Source: the human T2T-CHM13v2.0 reference genome, Homo sapiens. From it: a stretch of DNA of 64,000 nucleotides. Location of the stretch: assembly GCF_009914755.1 (NCBI RefSeq), contig NC_060944.1, one strand, 5' to 3'. Positions 17,096 through 30,505 of the stretch are shown in pieces. The notes beneath the pieces were generated by a model. The model worked only from the letters and a program-made list of their open reading frames with translations, did not search any database and was not told the origin of the DNA. The translations under genes were made by a program, and so were the position numbers. Each line of letters opens with the position of its first letter. Position 1 is the stretch's first letter.

Positions 17096-17512
17096 TGATC
17101 CGCCAGCCTCGGCCTCCCAAAGTGCTGGGGTTACAGGTGTGAGCCACCAAGCATGGCCTCTGCTACTGATTTCTAAGAGAAAGAGACCCCAAACAGTTCT
17201 CTCTCAGACTCACCTGCTCCATTCATGTCAGCTCACTGTTTCTTCCTCTTAGTCAACCTCTTTAATTATTTTTTAAACCTTGAGCCTTCTAGAAATACTC
17301 AGTATTTCCCAGCTAAATTTTGTTGCCAACCCGTCCTAATTTTAAAAGGAAGGGAAATTTAGATTATTTTTAAATGTAGAGAGCTATCTCGGGGTTGTCT
17401 AAGCATCTTAAAATTTAGTTGATGAATTAGTGCGCTTTTTTCCCCCCAGTCGCTCTCTTATTCTGAAGTTTAACTAAACTCTATTTGTTTTTGCTGTTTT
17501 TGTATTTTACAG

Positions 17513-17610
17513 CTATCATGAGAAGTTTTTCTCTCCTACAAGAAGCCATAATCCCCTACATCCCTACTCTCATCACTCAGCTTACACAGAAGCTATTAGC
17601 TGTTAGTAAG
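17513..17610 (+). CDS. CSE1L: CSE1L exon ~17 (AIMRSFSLLQEAIIPY...LAVSK), 98 nt
   Basis: ttttacag|CT ... AAG|gtaata. Confidence 0.96.
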
Positions 17611-18748
17611 GTAATAGAGCCAATTTTGAAAGTGGGGTTCCTTTTTTATTTGCTCCAAACTGTTTGGGCCTCAGAACTCTTTGGCATTACGTGAAGCTTT
17701 AGAGAAGGTCTGTGAATTCTTCCTGACCAGCCACTAATGGACTTTTCTGAAAGTGTGGGCATGCTGTTAGATTGGAGACGTAATAGCAGTCACCTTTAAG
17801 TGTGTGCTAGAAGCTTGAATACATTTTCATTCTCATTACAAAAGTAACATGTTTATTGTAGAAAAAGAAAGTGCAGATGATCCAAAATTACCTTAAATGG
17901 AGTTAAGTAGGCTTTGCACTAAATGGATATAAAAGAGGCTGTCTGGACTTCTATGAAATGATGATTAAAATCCTTTGTGTTGTCTTTTCTTCCTTACTCT
18001 TATTTCTCAAAAGGAAAGTTCACTCTGATCAAAATTTTACAGATACTTAGATTCATGTTTATTAACACTAAATTTTAGAAAATAAATCCGTTTAAGGCTG
18101 ACAGAATTCCTTTTTAGATGCTATTCTTGATCTTATGAGAATTAGATCAATTCATAGGAAGTGTTGGAGGGATTTTGGAGAACAGAGTGATTATTATTCA
18201 ACCGAGTTAGGGCTAAGGGTCTTTGGACTACTTAGGGCCTTGAGGGATGGAGCGGGGAGGGAACCCAAGTCTCCGCCTCCCATATGTATTACCATCTCAT
18301 GTTCTGATTGAGTTAGATTTGTATGCTAGTAGCCTTCCAAGAACTTGTTTAAAGAAAAATGGGGTTTTGTTGCTTAAAAAGAACATAAAAAACTACTCAT
18401 TTGGGGGATTATCAGTAAGTAGACATAGACATTGAGGCCCACAGAAGTTAAGGCTAGTGGCACTACTAGGACTTAGTATTTCTTCTCTGCGAGGGCACGT
18501 GGGCTTAAGACAAGTTACAGCTCTGGGATCTGAGGTTTGTATAAGCAACTCTGTAACTCTGAAGTATTTTTTTCATGGTGGACTTTGGGCCATTTAAAAA
18601 AAAATTCAAATGAACAAGCACTAGGGTATAATTGGTGTTTTTTTCTTAATTTTGATTTTTAAAAAATAAGATGGCCTCTATTTTAAATGTGTTTTATAAA
18701 GGTTAGGTGTGGATTATTAGCATAATTAGGTTTTTTTTTTAATTTCAG

Positions 18749-18899
18749 AACCCAAGCAAACCTCACTTTAATCACTACATGTTTGAAGCAATATGTTTAT
18801 CCATAAGAATAACTTGCAAAGCTAACCCTGCTGCTGTTGTAAATTTTGAGGAGGCTTTGTTTTTGGTGTTTACTGAAATCTTACAAAATGATGTGCAAG
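18749..18899 (+). CDS. CSE1L: CSE1L exon ~18 (NPSKPHFNHYMFEA...ILQNDVQ), 151 nt
   Basis: aatttcag|AAC ... CAAG|gtaagt. Confidence 0.96.
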
Positions 18900-19039
18900 G
18901 TAAGTTAACGGAAATTATTTTCTTTGTAATGGAATAAAATTAACATGGCTATAAAATGCAGCCCACCTAAGCGATGTGGGCCTTTTGTGTCAGTCATTCC
19001 TTCTGAAGCTCACAGCTCTGTTTTTACTTTTATCAACAG

Positions 19040-19248
19040 AATTTATTCCATACGTCTTTCAAGTGATGTCTTTGCTTCTGGAAACACACAAAAATGACAT
19101 CCCGTCTTCCTATATGGCCTTATTTCCTCATCTCCTTCAGCCAGTGCTTTGGGAAAGAACAGGAAATATTCCTGCTCTAGTGAGGCTTCTTCAAGCATTC
19201 TTAGAACGCGGTTCAAACACAATAGCAAGTGCTGCAGCTGACAAAATT
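19040..19248 (+). CDS. CSE1L: CSE1L exon ~19 (EFIPYVFQVMSLLLE...AAADKI), 209 nt
   Basis: tcaacag|AA ... ATT|gtgcgt. Confidence 0.95.
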
Positions 19249-19764
19249 GTGCGTCAGGTTTTGATATAACTGTAATTTTATAAAGTAGCTTGGAGAAACT
19301 GGGGATGGCAGATGTTTGAAATTTTTTTATTTAAAATAAATTTAAGGCTGGGGGCAGTGGCTCAAGCCCACCACTTTGGGAGCCTCTAGTGGGAGGATCC
19401 CTTGAGCCGAGGAGTTTAAGACCAGCCTAGGCAACGTGGTGAGATCTATCTCTACAAAGGAAAAAAAAGCTTTTTAATTAGTTGGACACAGTGGAGCATG
19501 CCTGTGGTCCCATCTACTTGGGAGGCTAAGGTGAGAGGGTCGCTTGAGCCCAGGAGTTTAAGGCTGCAGTGAGCCATGATCTCACCATTGCACTCCATCC
19601 TGGGCAACAGAGCTAGACCCTGTCTCTTAAAAAAAATAATAATAATAATAACGGAAATAATTAGTAGAAAATGTTATGGTATGTTTTATCAGAATTCTGT
19701 ATCCTTTAGTTATTTATATCCATGATGGAAAATTTTAAAAACAGAGCCAAACAGGTTGATTTTA

Positions 19765-19908
<144 letters not shown>

Positions 19909-19951
19909 TTAGGTGGGTGTGGTGGCACGTGCCTGTAATCCCAGCTACTCA

Positions 19952-20056
<105 letters not shown>

Positions 20057-20243
20057 TCAAAGAAAAAAAAAATTACTTTAATGGCTACGCGGGAGGAATT
20101 GTTCCCCATATGTTTCAGAAATAATTAAAGAGAAAAGGATAGATTATTACAGTATGAACTCTGTTTTAAGACATATATCATGTTTAACTTTTCGAATAAT
20201 TATTCCTGTTAACCATTTTCTGTTGGATCTCATTTCTTAACAG

Positions 20244-20341
20244 CCTGGGTTACTAGGTGTCTTTCAGAAGCTGATTGCATCCAAAGCAAATGACCACCAA
20301 GGTTTTTATCTTCTAAACAGTATAATAGAGCACATGCCTCC
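20244..20341 (+). CDS. CSE1L: CSE1L exon ~20 (PGLLGVFQKLIASKANDHQGF...HMPP), 98 nt
   Basis: cttaacag|CCT ... CC|gtgagt. Confidence 0.96.
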
Positions 20342-20438
20342 GTGAGTATGACTAGAACTTTGTGCATTTATTTAGAAATTTTGTTAGGTGCTCAGAAAAG
20401 TCCTAAATTTATATTGTTGATTTTTTTTAATTCTTTAG

Positions 20439-20524
20439 TGAATCAGTTGACCAATATAGGAAACAAATCTTCATTCTGCTATTCCAGAGACTTCAGAATT
20501 CCAAAACAACCAAGTTTATCAAGA
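20439..20524 (+). CDS. CSE1L: CSE1L exon ~21 (ESVDQYRKQIFILLFQRLQNSKTTKFIK), 86 nt
   Basis: ttctttag|T ... AAGA|gtaagt. Confidence 0.96.
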
Positions 20525-21547
20525 GTAAGTAAAATCATCTGGATGTTCTACAGAAGTAATGAAAGAAGGTAGCTAAAACCCTTAGACTTTATGGTTGCAG
20601 ATACATTTTTTATCCGTTTTAAACTTTATGCAAAAAATACTTGGCCACGTGTGGAGGTTCATGCCTGTAATCGCAGCACTTTGGGTGGCCAAGGGAGGCC
20701 GATCGCTTGAGCTCAGGAGTTCAAGACCAGCCTGGGCAACATGGCGAAACCCTGTCCCTACGAAAAGTACAACAAAATTAGCCAGGCATGGTGGCATGTG
20801 CCTGTAGTCGCAGCTGCTTGGGAGGCTGAAGTAGGAGCATCACCTAAGTCCCAGAGGTTGAGGCTGCAGTGAGCCAAGATTACACCCACTGCACTCCATC
20901 CTAGGTGACAGAGTGAGACCCTGTCTCAAAAAAAAAAAAGAAAATATTGTAAGGGCCTGGTGCAGTGGCTCTCATCTGTAATCCCAGCACTTTGGGAGGT
21001 GAAAGTGGGAGTATTCCTTGAGTCCAGGAGTTAACGACCAGCCTGGGCAACATGGTAAGACCCTGTCTCTACAAAACAGCCAAGCATGGTGGTGTGTGCC
21101 TGTAGCCCCAGCTACTCAGGAGGCTGAGGTGGGAGGATCACTTGACCCTGGGAAGTTAAGGCTGCGTGAGCTGTGATCACGCTCCTGCACCCAGCCTAGG
21201 TGATAGAGTGAAACCTTCTCACAAGAAAAAAGAAAATATTTTAAGATGTTTGTGTTCTCCAAACATTAAGTTAGTGTTAGTCATATTGTGTTCCAGAGGT
21301 TGGTTTATGGTTGGATACCAAAACATTTTTTCAGTAGAGAGAATATTATAAGGAAATATAAATCAAAGAGAGACAGCATGTAAAGGTCTATGACAGAAAG
21401 ACAAGTTTTCTATTTACTAGAAGGCAGGTATTGATGCCACAGCCTTTGGATGTTAATGATTAAGCATAGGTTTATTTTGCAGACTTATCAGTTACCAGTT
21501 TAGTGCGTGAGTTCTCTATGCTGATATTCTGCATCTTCTTTCAACAG

Positions 21548-21629
21548 GTTTTTTAGTCTTTATTAATTTGTATTGCATAAAATATGGGGCACTAGCACTA
21601 CAAGAAATATTTGATGGTATACAACCAAA
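21548..21629 (+). CDS. CSE1L: CSE1L exon ~22 (SFLVFINLYCIKYGALALQEIFDGIQPK), 82 nt
   Basis: ttcaacag|GT ... AA|gtaagt. Confidence 0.96.
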
Positions 21630-22063
21630 GTAAGTTTGTTTTTATTATTTTTTAAAGGAAGAAAATGTTTTGACTTTTTTTTTAGTACAAATCAGTATCT
21701 CTGTCTTATAGATGATGATGTGGTTCTTGGTATGGAGATAGTGTCTATGGTTTTCAAAATATTCTTAGGTATTGGGAGTAAAGAAAAAGTAATCCTGGCC
21801 CAGCATGGTGGCTCACGCCCGTAATCCCACACTCTGAGAGGCTGAGGAGGGCGGATTTAGCTCAGGAGTTTGAGACCAGCCTGGGCAATATAGTGAGACT
21901 CCATCTCAAAAAAAGAAAAAACACCCTGGAATCATTGTTCTAATCCTCTAGATTAGAGGACCATCTACTCTACACACTGGCATTCTCCACAGCCAGTGTT
22001 CTATATTATGTTAAATGGTCAGTGTTGTCTCCAGGAGCCTGCCTTATTAAAACTAACAGCAGA

Positions 22064-22330
22064 AAACACCACATGTTCTCACTCATAGGTGGGAATTGAA
22101 CAATGAGAACACTTGGACACAGGGCGGGGAACATCACACTCTGGGGCCTGTCGTGGGATGGGGGGCAGGGGAAGGGAGGGCAGAGGGAGGGATAGCATTA
22201 GCAGAAATACCTAATGTAAATGACGAGTTAATGGGTGCAGTAAACCAACTTGGCACATGTATACATATGTAACAAACCTGCACGTTGTGCACATGTACCC
22301 TAGAACTTAAAGTATAATTAAAAAAAAAAA
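22064..22330 (+). mobile_element. 5'-truncated L1PA 3' end with poly(A) tail
   Basis: catgttctcactcataggtgggaattgaacaatgagaac...gtaccctagaacttaaagtataat plus A-tail. Confidence 0.92.
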
Positions 22331-22362
22331 CCAGAATTTTCCTTCCCCCTTTTTTAAAAAAT

Positions 22363-22415
22363 CGTGCTAATCCATATCGTTCCAATTTTAGTATATGTGC
22401 TGCTAATGCAAACAC
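22363..22415 (-). pseudogene. U6 snRNA 5' fragment retrocopy
   Basis: reverse complement GTGTTTGCATTAGCAGCACATATACTAAAATTGGAACGATATGGATTAGCACG matches about U6 nt 1-57 (GCAGCACATATACTAAAATTGGAACGATA exact). Confidence 0.85.
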
Positions 22416-23640
22416 AGCAGAATTTTTCAAATGAGAAATACTTAGGACCAATAAATTAACTTTGTTTTTGACTTATCTGGTATATATGCAAAGAATGTAT
22501 TTAGGTGGCATTTCCCATTAGTAGGGAATAAAACAATTATAACGATAAGATAAAGAACAACTCTTAGGGAAAATTTCTTCGGGGACAGTTAGATCCCTGT
22601 ACCTCAGTTATGTCTCAAAAATTCTACATTGACTAAAAAATGAATTACTCTGGAAAGGAGACCAGAAAACATGGCTTCCGGCAGTAGGGGATTTTGAGGA
22701 AATCTCATGCACTGCTAGTGGGAGCCTGAATTAGCCTGATCTTTCTAGAGAGCAAAATGTATGCACTTTTTATCCAGAGCATTAGAATTGCCATACCCTT
22801 TGAGCCATATTTCCACTTCAAAGAATTGGTTCTATTAACGCATAAACTGAGGATTTTGCATCATTTAGAATTACGGAAAACTTCACTTCTAGCATGTTTG
22901 CAACAACATAGAATGATTGGCCGAATTATTTTAAATAGCCATTAGCATTTATGTACCTGCAGGTATGTAAGCAAAGACAGTTGGGAAGCTTATAACCCAA
23001 AAATGTTAAAACTAGTTGTTTCTGGGTGGTGGGATGATTCCTTTTTTCCCTCCTTGCTCCTCTCTCTTTTTTTTTTTTTTTTCTTTTTTTTTTTGAGACT
23101 GGCCAGGTGTAATTTTTAAAGAAAAAAGCAGAGAGGGCCAGGAATGGTGGCTCACGCCTGTAATCCTAGCACTTTGGGAGGCTGAGGCAGGTGGATCACC
23201 TGAGGTCAGGAGTTCGAGATCAGCCTGGCCAACACAATGAAACCCCATCTCTACTAAAAATACAAAAATTTGCCGGGCGTGGTGGTGGGCACCTGTAATC
23301 CCACCTACTCAGGGGGCTGAGGCAGGCAAATTGCTTGAACCCAGGAGGTGGAGGTTGTAGTGAGCTGAGATCACACCGTTCCACTCCAGCCTGGGCAGCA
23401 AGAGCGAAACTCCGTCTCAAAAAAAAAAAGAAAAGAAAAAGATTATGGCATTTGGCTACAGGGTAGAGGTGTGATGGGGTTTTTTTATGTTTTGACTTTC
23501 AGTCTCTTCAGATGATCAAAAACAGCAGTCTTGTTATTTAGTAATTTATCATATTCATAAGAAGTAACTAACATCTAAGCATTTTACTATTTCATTATAG
23601 TGATAATCTAATATTAAGTTGATTTATTTTGCTTTAATAG

Positions 23641-23787
23641 AATGTTTGGAATGGTTTTGGAAAAAATTATTATTCCTGAAATTCAGAAGGTATCTGGAAA
23701 TGTAGAGAAAAAGATCTGTGCGGTTGGCATAACCAAATTACTAACAGAATGTCCCCCAATGATGGACACTGAGTATACCAAACTGTG
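23641..23787 (+). CDS. CSE1L: CSE1L exon ~23 (MFGMVLEKIIIPEIQK...YTKLW), 147 nt
   Basis: gctttaatag|A ... TG|gtaagt. Confidence 0.96.
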
Positions 23788-24232
23788 GTAAGTACTTCAT
23801 TTTAATATTTTTGTAAGTTACAGCTTCCTTCCCATATGACTGCAAAATTAACAAAGCTTATTCTCTTGGGGGCCAAGAGAATCTTGGTCTGATCTCAGCT
23901 TCTCCACAATCAGATCCAAGACATGATTTCTGGATCCTTCTGGGCTTAGAATGATCTTGTTTCCTGCTTCTTTTTCAGGGGGATTCATGGACCCCTTTAA
24001 GAGTCTGATCTAGGTGATCTCTAAGACAATTTTATGACAGAAGCCCAACTAAACTGACTTATCTTTAAGGGGAAGAACTGAATAAGCCAAGAAAAGAACC
24101 ATCTTAATTTCAAAGGTCCCCTTTTATTCTTGAGACTATGAGTCTGTAATTTTGTGTCTCTGAGCAATTGCTGGTTTTAAGTCTTCCGAGTATTTTCTTG
24201 ACCTTTTTATCTCTTGCTTTCTTCCAATCCAG

Positions 24233-24464
24233 GACTCCATTATTACAGTCTTTGATTGGTCTTTTTGAGTTACCCGAAGATGATACCATTCCTGATGAGG
24301 AACATTTTATTGACATAGAAGATACACCAGGATATCAGACTGCCTTCTCACAGTTGGCATTTGCTGGGAAAAAAGAGCATGATCCTGTAGGTCAAATGGT
24401 GAATAACCCCAAAATTCACCTGGCACAGTCACTTCACAAGTTGTCTACCGCCTGTCCAGGAAGG
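24233..24464 (+). CDS. CSE1L: CSE1L exon ~24 (TPLLQSLIGLFELPEDD...TACPGR), 232 nt
   Basis: ccaatccag|G ... AGG|gtaagt; ORF 24168..24527. Confidence 0.97.
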
Positions 24465-25849
24465 GTAAGTGTGTTGTCAAAGAACTCTGTGATAAATGGA
24501 GACTTTAATGGGAGGGCAAAAGGATAGTAGTAGTTCTGGTGTCTGTTTTCATTGGTGGGCGTAATAAAACTAAATCTCATTGAGTTACAGCAAGCTTATT
24601 TTCTTTAATTAAAAACACTGAGCCCTTTTTTTCTTGTATTATGTACTACAAATATATTTTAAGTGAATGGATTTAGGAGTGAGAACAAAGGAGGAAAAAT
24701 CCCTTCAATAGAAATGTAATAAGGCTGTATAGTTGCATTTTGTCAGCACTTTATAATAAGAGTTTATTTCCCAGATCGAAGTAATCCATCTATTATTAAA
24801 ATGTGGTAGCATTTTTTTATTTTTATTTTTATTTATTTATTTTTTTAGACAGGGTCTCACTCTTATCCAGGCTGGAATGCAGTAGTACGATTATGGCTCA
24901 CTGCAGCCTCAACCTCCCAGGTTCAAGTGATCCTACTGCCTGTCAGCCTTCCAAGTAGCTAGGACCCACTATGCCCAGCTAATTTTTTATTTTTTTGTGG
25001 AGACAGGGTCTCCCTATGTTGTTCAGGTTGGTCTCAACCTCCTGGGCTCAAGCCATCCTCCTCCCTCAGCCTCCCAAAGTGCTGGGATTACAAGTGTGAG
25101 CCTGGACACAGTTATTTTTTTTTAATTGCAGCATACTCAGAAATTAATAGATCATGGCATAAACCTAATAATGACTGTATAGTTGCATTTTGTCAGCACT
25201 TATTATAGAGTTCTTACATGTTACCTGATAAAATATATATTTTTCAAGCCAGACACAGTGGTTTATGCCTGTAGTTCTAGTGCTTTGGGAGGCCAGGGCT
25301 GCAGTGAGCTATTACAGTGCCACTGCAATCCAGCCTGGGCAACAGAGCGAGGTCCCGTTTCTTAAAAAACATGTATGTGTGTGGCGTGTGTATATATATG
25401 TATATATATTTTTTCATTGTATTATTACGGAGACTTTCAAACATATATAGAAAGAGCATAATGAAGCCTGCATGTGCCCAGCTTCAATAATTACCAATAT
25501 CTTGCCAGTTTTGTTTCGTTTCTCCTTTTATTCTCTGTATTGAGCAAGTCTTAGACATCATACGTTTCACGCGTAAGTACCTTATTCTACATCATTAACC
25601 AGTAAGGACTTTTTAATTAACCACAATACCACTATCACACCTAATAATAGTAATTCCTTATGGATCTTTTCTTTAGACCTATTTTTGAAGGCATAAAAGC
25701 AGTTGAGTTTCTGGAGAATTTTTGGATGGTGATTAATGACTTGACTGGCTGCTCTTCCCAGAGCTGTGGCAGCTCTCCCGTAGAAGATGGGGTTTGTATT
25801 GGCGCACCAAGATCTCCAACAGCCAGTGTGTGTTTCCCATCTCTTGTAG

Positions 25850-25939
25850 GTTCCATCAATGGTGAGCACCAGCCTGAATGCAGAAGCGCTCCAGTATCTC
25901 CAAGGGTACCTTCAGGCAGCCAGTGTGACACTGCTTTAA
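25850..25939 (+). CDS. CSE1L: CSE1L last exon, coding part (VPSMVSTSLNAEALQYLQGYLQAASVTLL*)
   Basis: ctcttgtag|GTT; TAA at 25937-25939. Confidence 0.97.
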   Translation, partial: VPSMVSTSLNAEALQYLQGYLQAASVTLL

Positions 25940-26450
25940 ACTGCATTTTTCTAATGGGCTAAACCCAGATGGTTTCCTAGGAAATCACAGGCTTCTGAGC
26001 ACAGCTGCATTAAAACAAAGGAAGTTCTCCTTTTGAACTTGTCACGAATTCCATCTTGTAAAGGATATTAAATGTTGCTTTAACCTGAACCTTGAGCAAA
26101 TTAGTTGGTTTGTGTGATCATACAGTTATGTGGGTGGCTTCTAGTTTGCAACTTCAAGGGACAAGTATTAATAGTTCAGTGTATGGCGTTGGTTTGTGTT
26201 GAGCGTTTGCACGGTTTGGATAATCTTAAATTTTGACGGACACTGTGGAGACTTTCTGTTACTAAATCCTTTTGTTTTGAAGCTGTTGCTATTTGTATTT
26301 CTCTTGTCCTTTATATTTTTTGTCTGTTTATTTACGCTTTTATTGGAAATGTGAATAAGTAAAGAATTACTTGTGTTACTTGCCAAGCAGTGCACATTTC
26401 ATAGTTTCAAATCTGTAATCAGCAATAAAAATCCTAAAATATGTACCTAA
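25940..26450 (+). other. CSE1L: CSE1L 3'UTR
   Basis: U-rich sequence between the stop and AATAAA; 3' end is approximate. Confidence 0.85.
26424..26429 (+). terminator. CSE1L polyadenylation signal AATAAA
   Basis: canonical hexamer with a U-rich upstream element and GU/U-rich sequence downstream (~26467-26495). Confidence 0.85.
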
Positions 26451-27057
26451 GAACATCTTAAGGGCAGGTTTTCAGTGCTCTCTCATGCTTTTATAAAAAT
26501 GAAGAATTTCTTTAAATTTCTTCCTTTTCCTTTCCTGGACTCTGTAAAATCCTAATTTCTAAATCATGTAAACTCAGATTATTTAGTCTTTTTTTTTATA
26601 TGGGGGAAGGGGACATTAATATAGATTTGGGGCTTATTTACTAGAATTTTCTGTAGCAGTTCCTAGGTGGCAGTGTGAGTTTTGGGTAGGTGGCTCCTCT
26701 GGGAGAAATGCTCTGCCTCGCTTAATGGGATGGCGGTCGAGAGTACTTGAGACTGTGGATGTTTTGATCTCTTTCATCTCTGCTGTTCCCTGGAGAGTGG
26801 AGGTTACTTGGAACTTTTCAAACCCTGACACCTTAGAACCGTGAAGTCCAGTCCAGTGGTGGATCCGGCCGGATGCCTGGTGAGCTTGGTTGCACTGGCT
26901 CCCTCCCTTGGCCTGGCCCATGGAATTGTACAGCATTCGTTTCTGAGGAATGAAGAATCAGAATATCTAAATTTTGTGAGGCACAGTTTATGCTGGAATT
27001 GTTCATTGTCCATTCAGTGTAGTTAAACTGGAACTTTTGTCTTCCCAGCTCAAGTGA

Positions 27058-27368
<311 letters not shown>

Positions 27369-27419
27369 TGAGCCACTGTGCCTGGTGATAACTTTTTTAA
27401 TCTTAGGCACTTGACTTGA

Positions 27420-27575
<156 letters not shown>

Positions 27576-27822
27576 TAGCTGGGATACAGGCATGCATCAC
27601 CATGCCTGGCTATTTTTTGTATTTTTAGTAGAGACAGGGTTTCACCATGTTGGCCAGGCTGGTTTCAAACTCCTGACCTTGTGATCCGCCTGCCTCGGCT
27701 TACCAAAGTGCTGGGATTAGAGGCTTGAGCCACTGTGCCCAGCCACTTGTTTCTGTAATGTTGCATGAGAAATTTCAAGTTCTCTTAAGTCTATTTGTAC
27801 CATCTAGTCATTTAAGGGCTTT

Positions 27823-27860
<38 letters not shown>

Positions 27861-27861
27861 G
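27823..27861. repeat. (TTG)13 microsatellite
   Basis: directly visible. Confidence 0.95.
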
Positions 27862-28449
27862 GTTTTGACACAGTAATGGGAATACTACATTTTACGTTAT
27901 TACTTTGGCTTAAGTGGTCGTTGGTAGAAAGATACTGAAATATTACTGAAGCCATTTTTAAGCCACAATTTATTTGGAAAGTCTGGGACAACAGGGAATT
28001 GCTAGTGATGGTTTCTGTATGTTTTTCACTCACATGAGCTCCTTAAGTATTTATTTGGCTTTGCTCTTCCTGAAGCTGCTTGTGAACAGTCAGTCAGATA
28101 CCGTTCTGGAGGCTGCTTGATTCAACATCTTAAACTCAGATCGAGTTCGAAACGTTTTCCTTCTTCAGTTCAAAAGGCTGAGTAGTAGATGGTGTGCCTT
28201 TTAAAATAGTTACTGAACAGCAAGACTAGTACATTTACTTACTTTAGCACAGTTCATTAATTATCAAATAATTTTTTTAAATGCCTTCTATTGAAGTTGC
28301 TTATTCAATCGTCCAAGACAGTTTTTATATCTGGCTTTAAAGATTTTAGGACATGGTGGACAGAAACTGCTGGAGTGGTTTTTTTCTTTTTTCTTCACAA
28401 GCCTTACTGACTGTAGCTCAGTGGTGATGCACACTGTGGGTATGAAGAT

Positions 28450-28632
28450 CAGGGTTTGAGTTACAGCACTGCTACTGACTATGACCTTGAGCAAATGAGT
28501 TGACCTCTATGCCTTTTTTTTCTCTTCTGAAAAATGAGCATATTATTTACCTTCAAGGTGGTTGTAAGAATAAAATGAGATGATGCATGTAGAGTACTCA
28601 AGCAGAGAACCTGTGCAGAGTAAGCACACATC
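28450..28632 (+). mobile_element. MIR SINE
   Basis: tgaccttgagcaa...tctgaaaaatgag...ttgtaagaataaaatgagatgatgcatgt core. Confidence 0.7.
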
Positions 28633-28885
28633 AGGAAAAGCTGCTGGGGGAGCAGAGGGCTTGGGTGGGAGGAAGCGTTTGTTACTGAGCACACTTACCA
28701 ATGTGCTGCATACCTGGAAGGCGGGAAGGCTTTGTGGAGAAGAGTCCTGGCATGGGCGGCCCCACCTGTACCCCAGGGTGTTTTTACAGAAGGGAAGTAT
28801 TGCCAGGTTTCTCATCAGAGCTTCCTGCTAGGTGCATTCATTCTCCATGGTATTCAATCATGTCTTTTAACAAGCTGATTTTTAA

Positions 28886-29143
<258 letters not shown>

Positions 29144-29675
29144 TGATCCACCTGCCTCGGCCTCCCAAAGTGCTGGGAGTACAGGTGTGAGCCACCACAT
29201 CTGGCCACCGACTTTTTATTTTAAATGTATTTTCTTTGTGGGAAACTTGGAAAATAAAGAAAAAATATTTAAAAATTAAAAATAATTCATATTCCTACCT
29301 ACATTAAGCATTTTGGTTCATTTGAGATCATTCTGTATATAGTTTTGTAATTTTTTTAAACCATATTTACTTGGTAAACATTCAGTGGATATATGTGATT
29401 TATCATTAGGCTATATCATTACCAGATTATGTAATTGTAGTCATTGCTGGATGTCTTGGAGGTTTTCTGATTTTGTAGACAACTCTTGAGATGAACATCT
29501 TTATGCATCAATTTTTAGTTCCTGAAGGTGGAATTAGAGCCAATTTTCTTGTGCAAAGTTCATGTCAGTTTCTTTAACACACCTTTACCTACACTGGGCA
29601 TTATTTGGTTGCCATTTTGATAAGTAAAAATGGTACTTTTCCTTACTTCTGAGGCATAATCAGATTGGCATTTAA

Positions 29676-30174
<499 letters not shown>

Positions 30175-30319
30175 TAGTAGAGACGGGGGTTTCATCATGT
30201 TGGCCAGGCTGGTCTCGAACTCCTGGCCTCAAGTGAACTGCCTACCTGGGTCTCACAAAGTGCTGGGATTACTGGCTTGAGCTACCACACATGGCCTCAA
30301 CTCTTCATTATTGAATTGG

Positions 30320-30505
30320 TTTTGTGTTAGGTGATTTTGCCCAGCTGTAGGTGAATGTAAGCGTTCTGAGCATGTTTGAAGTAGGCTAGACTGAGCTAGG
30401 ATGGTGGGTCGGTTAAGTGTATTAAAATGCATTTTAACTTATGATATTTTCAGTTTATGGTGAGTTTATCAGGATGTGACCCCATCGTAAGTTGAGGAGC
30501 ATCTG
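30320..30505 (-). mobile_element. Tigger-family (MER47-like) DNA transposon fragment
   Basis: terminal ccccatcgtaagttgaggagcatctg followed by a TA target site. Confidence 0.65.
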
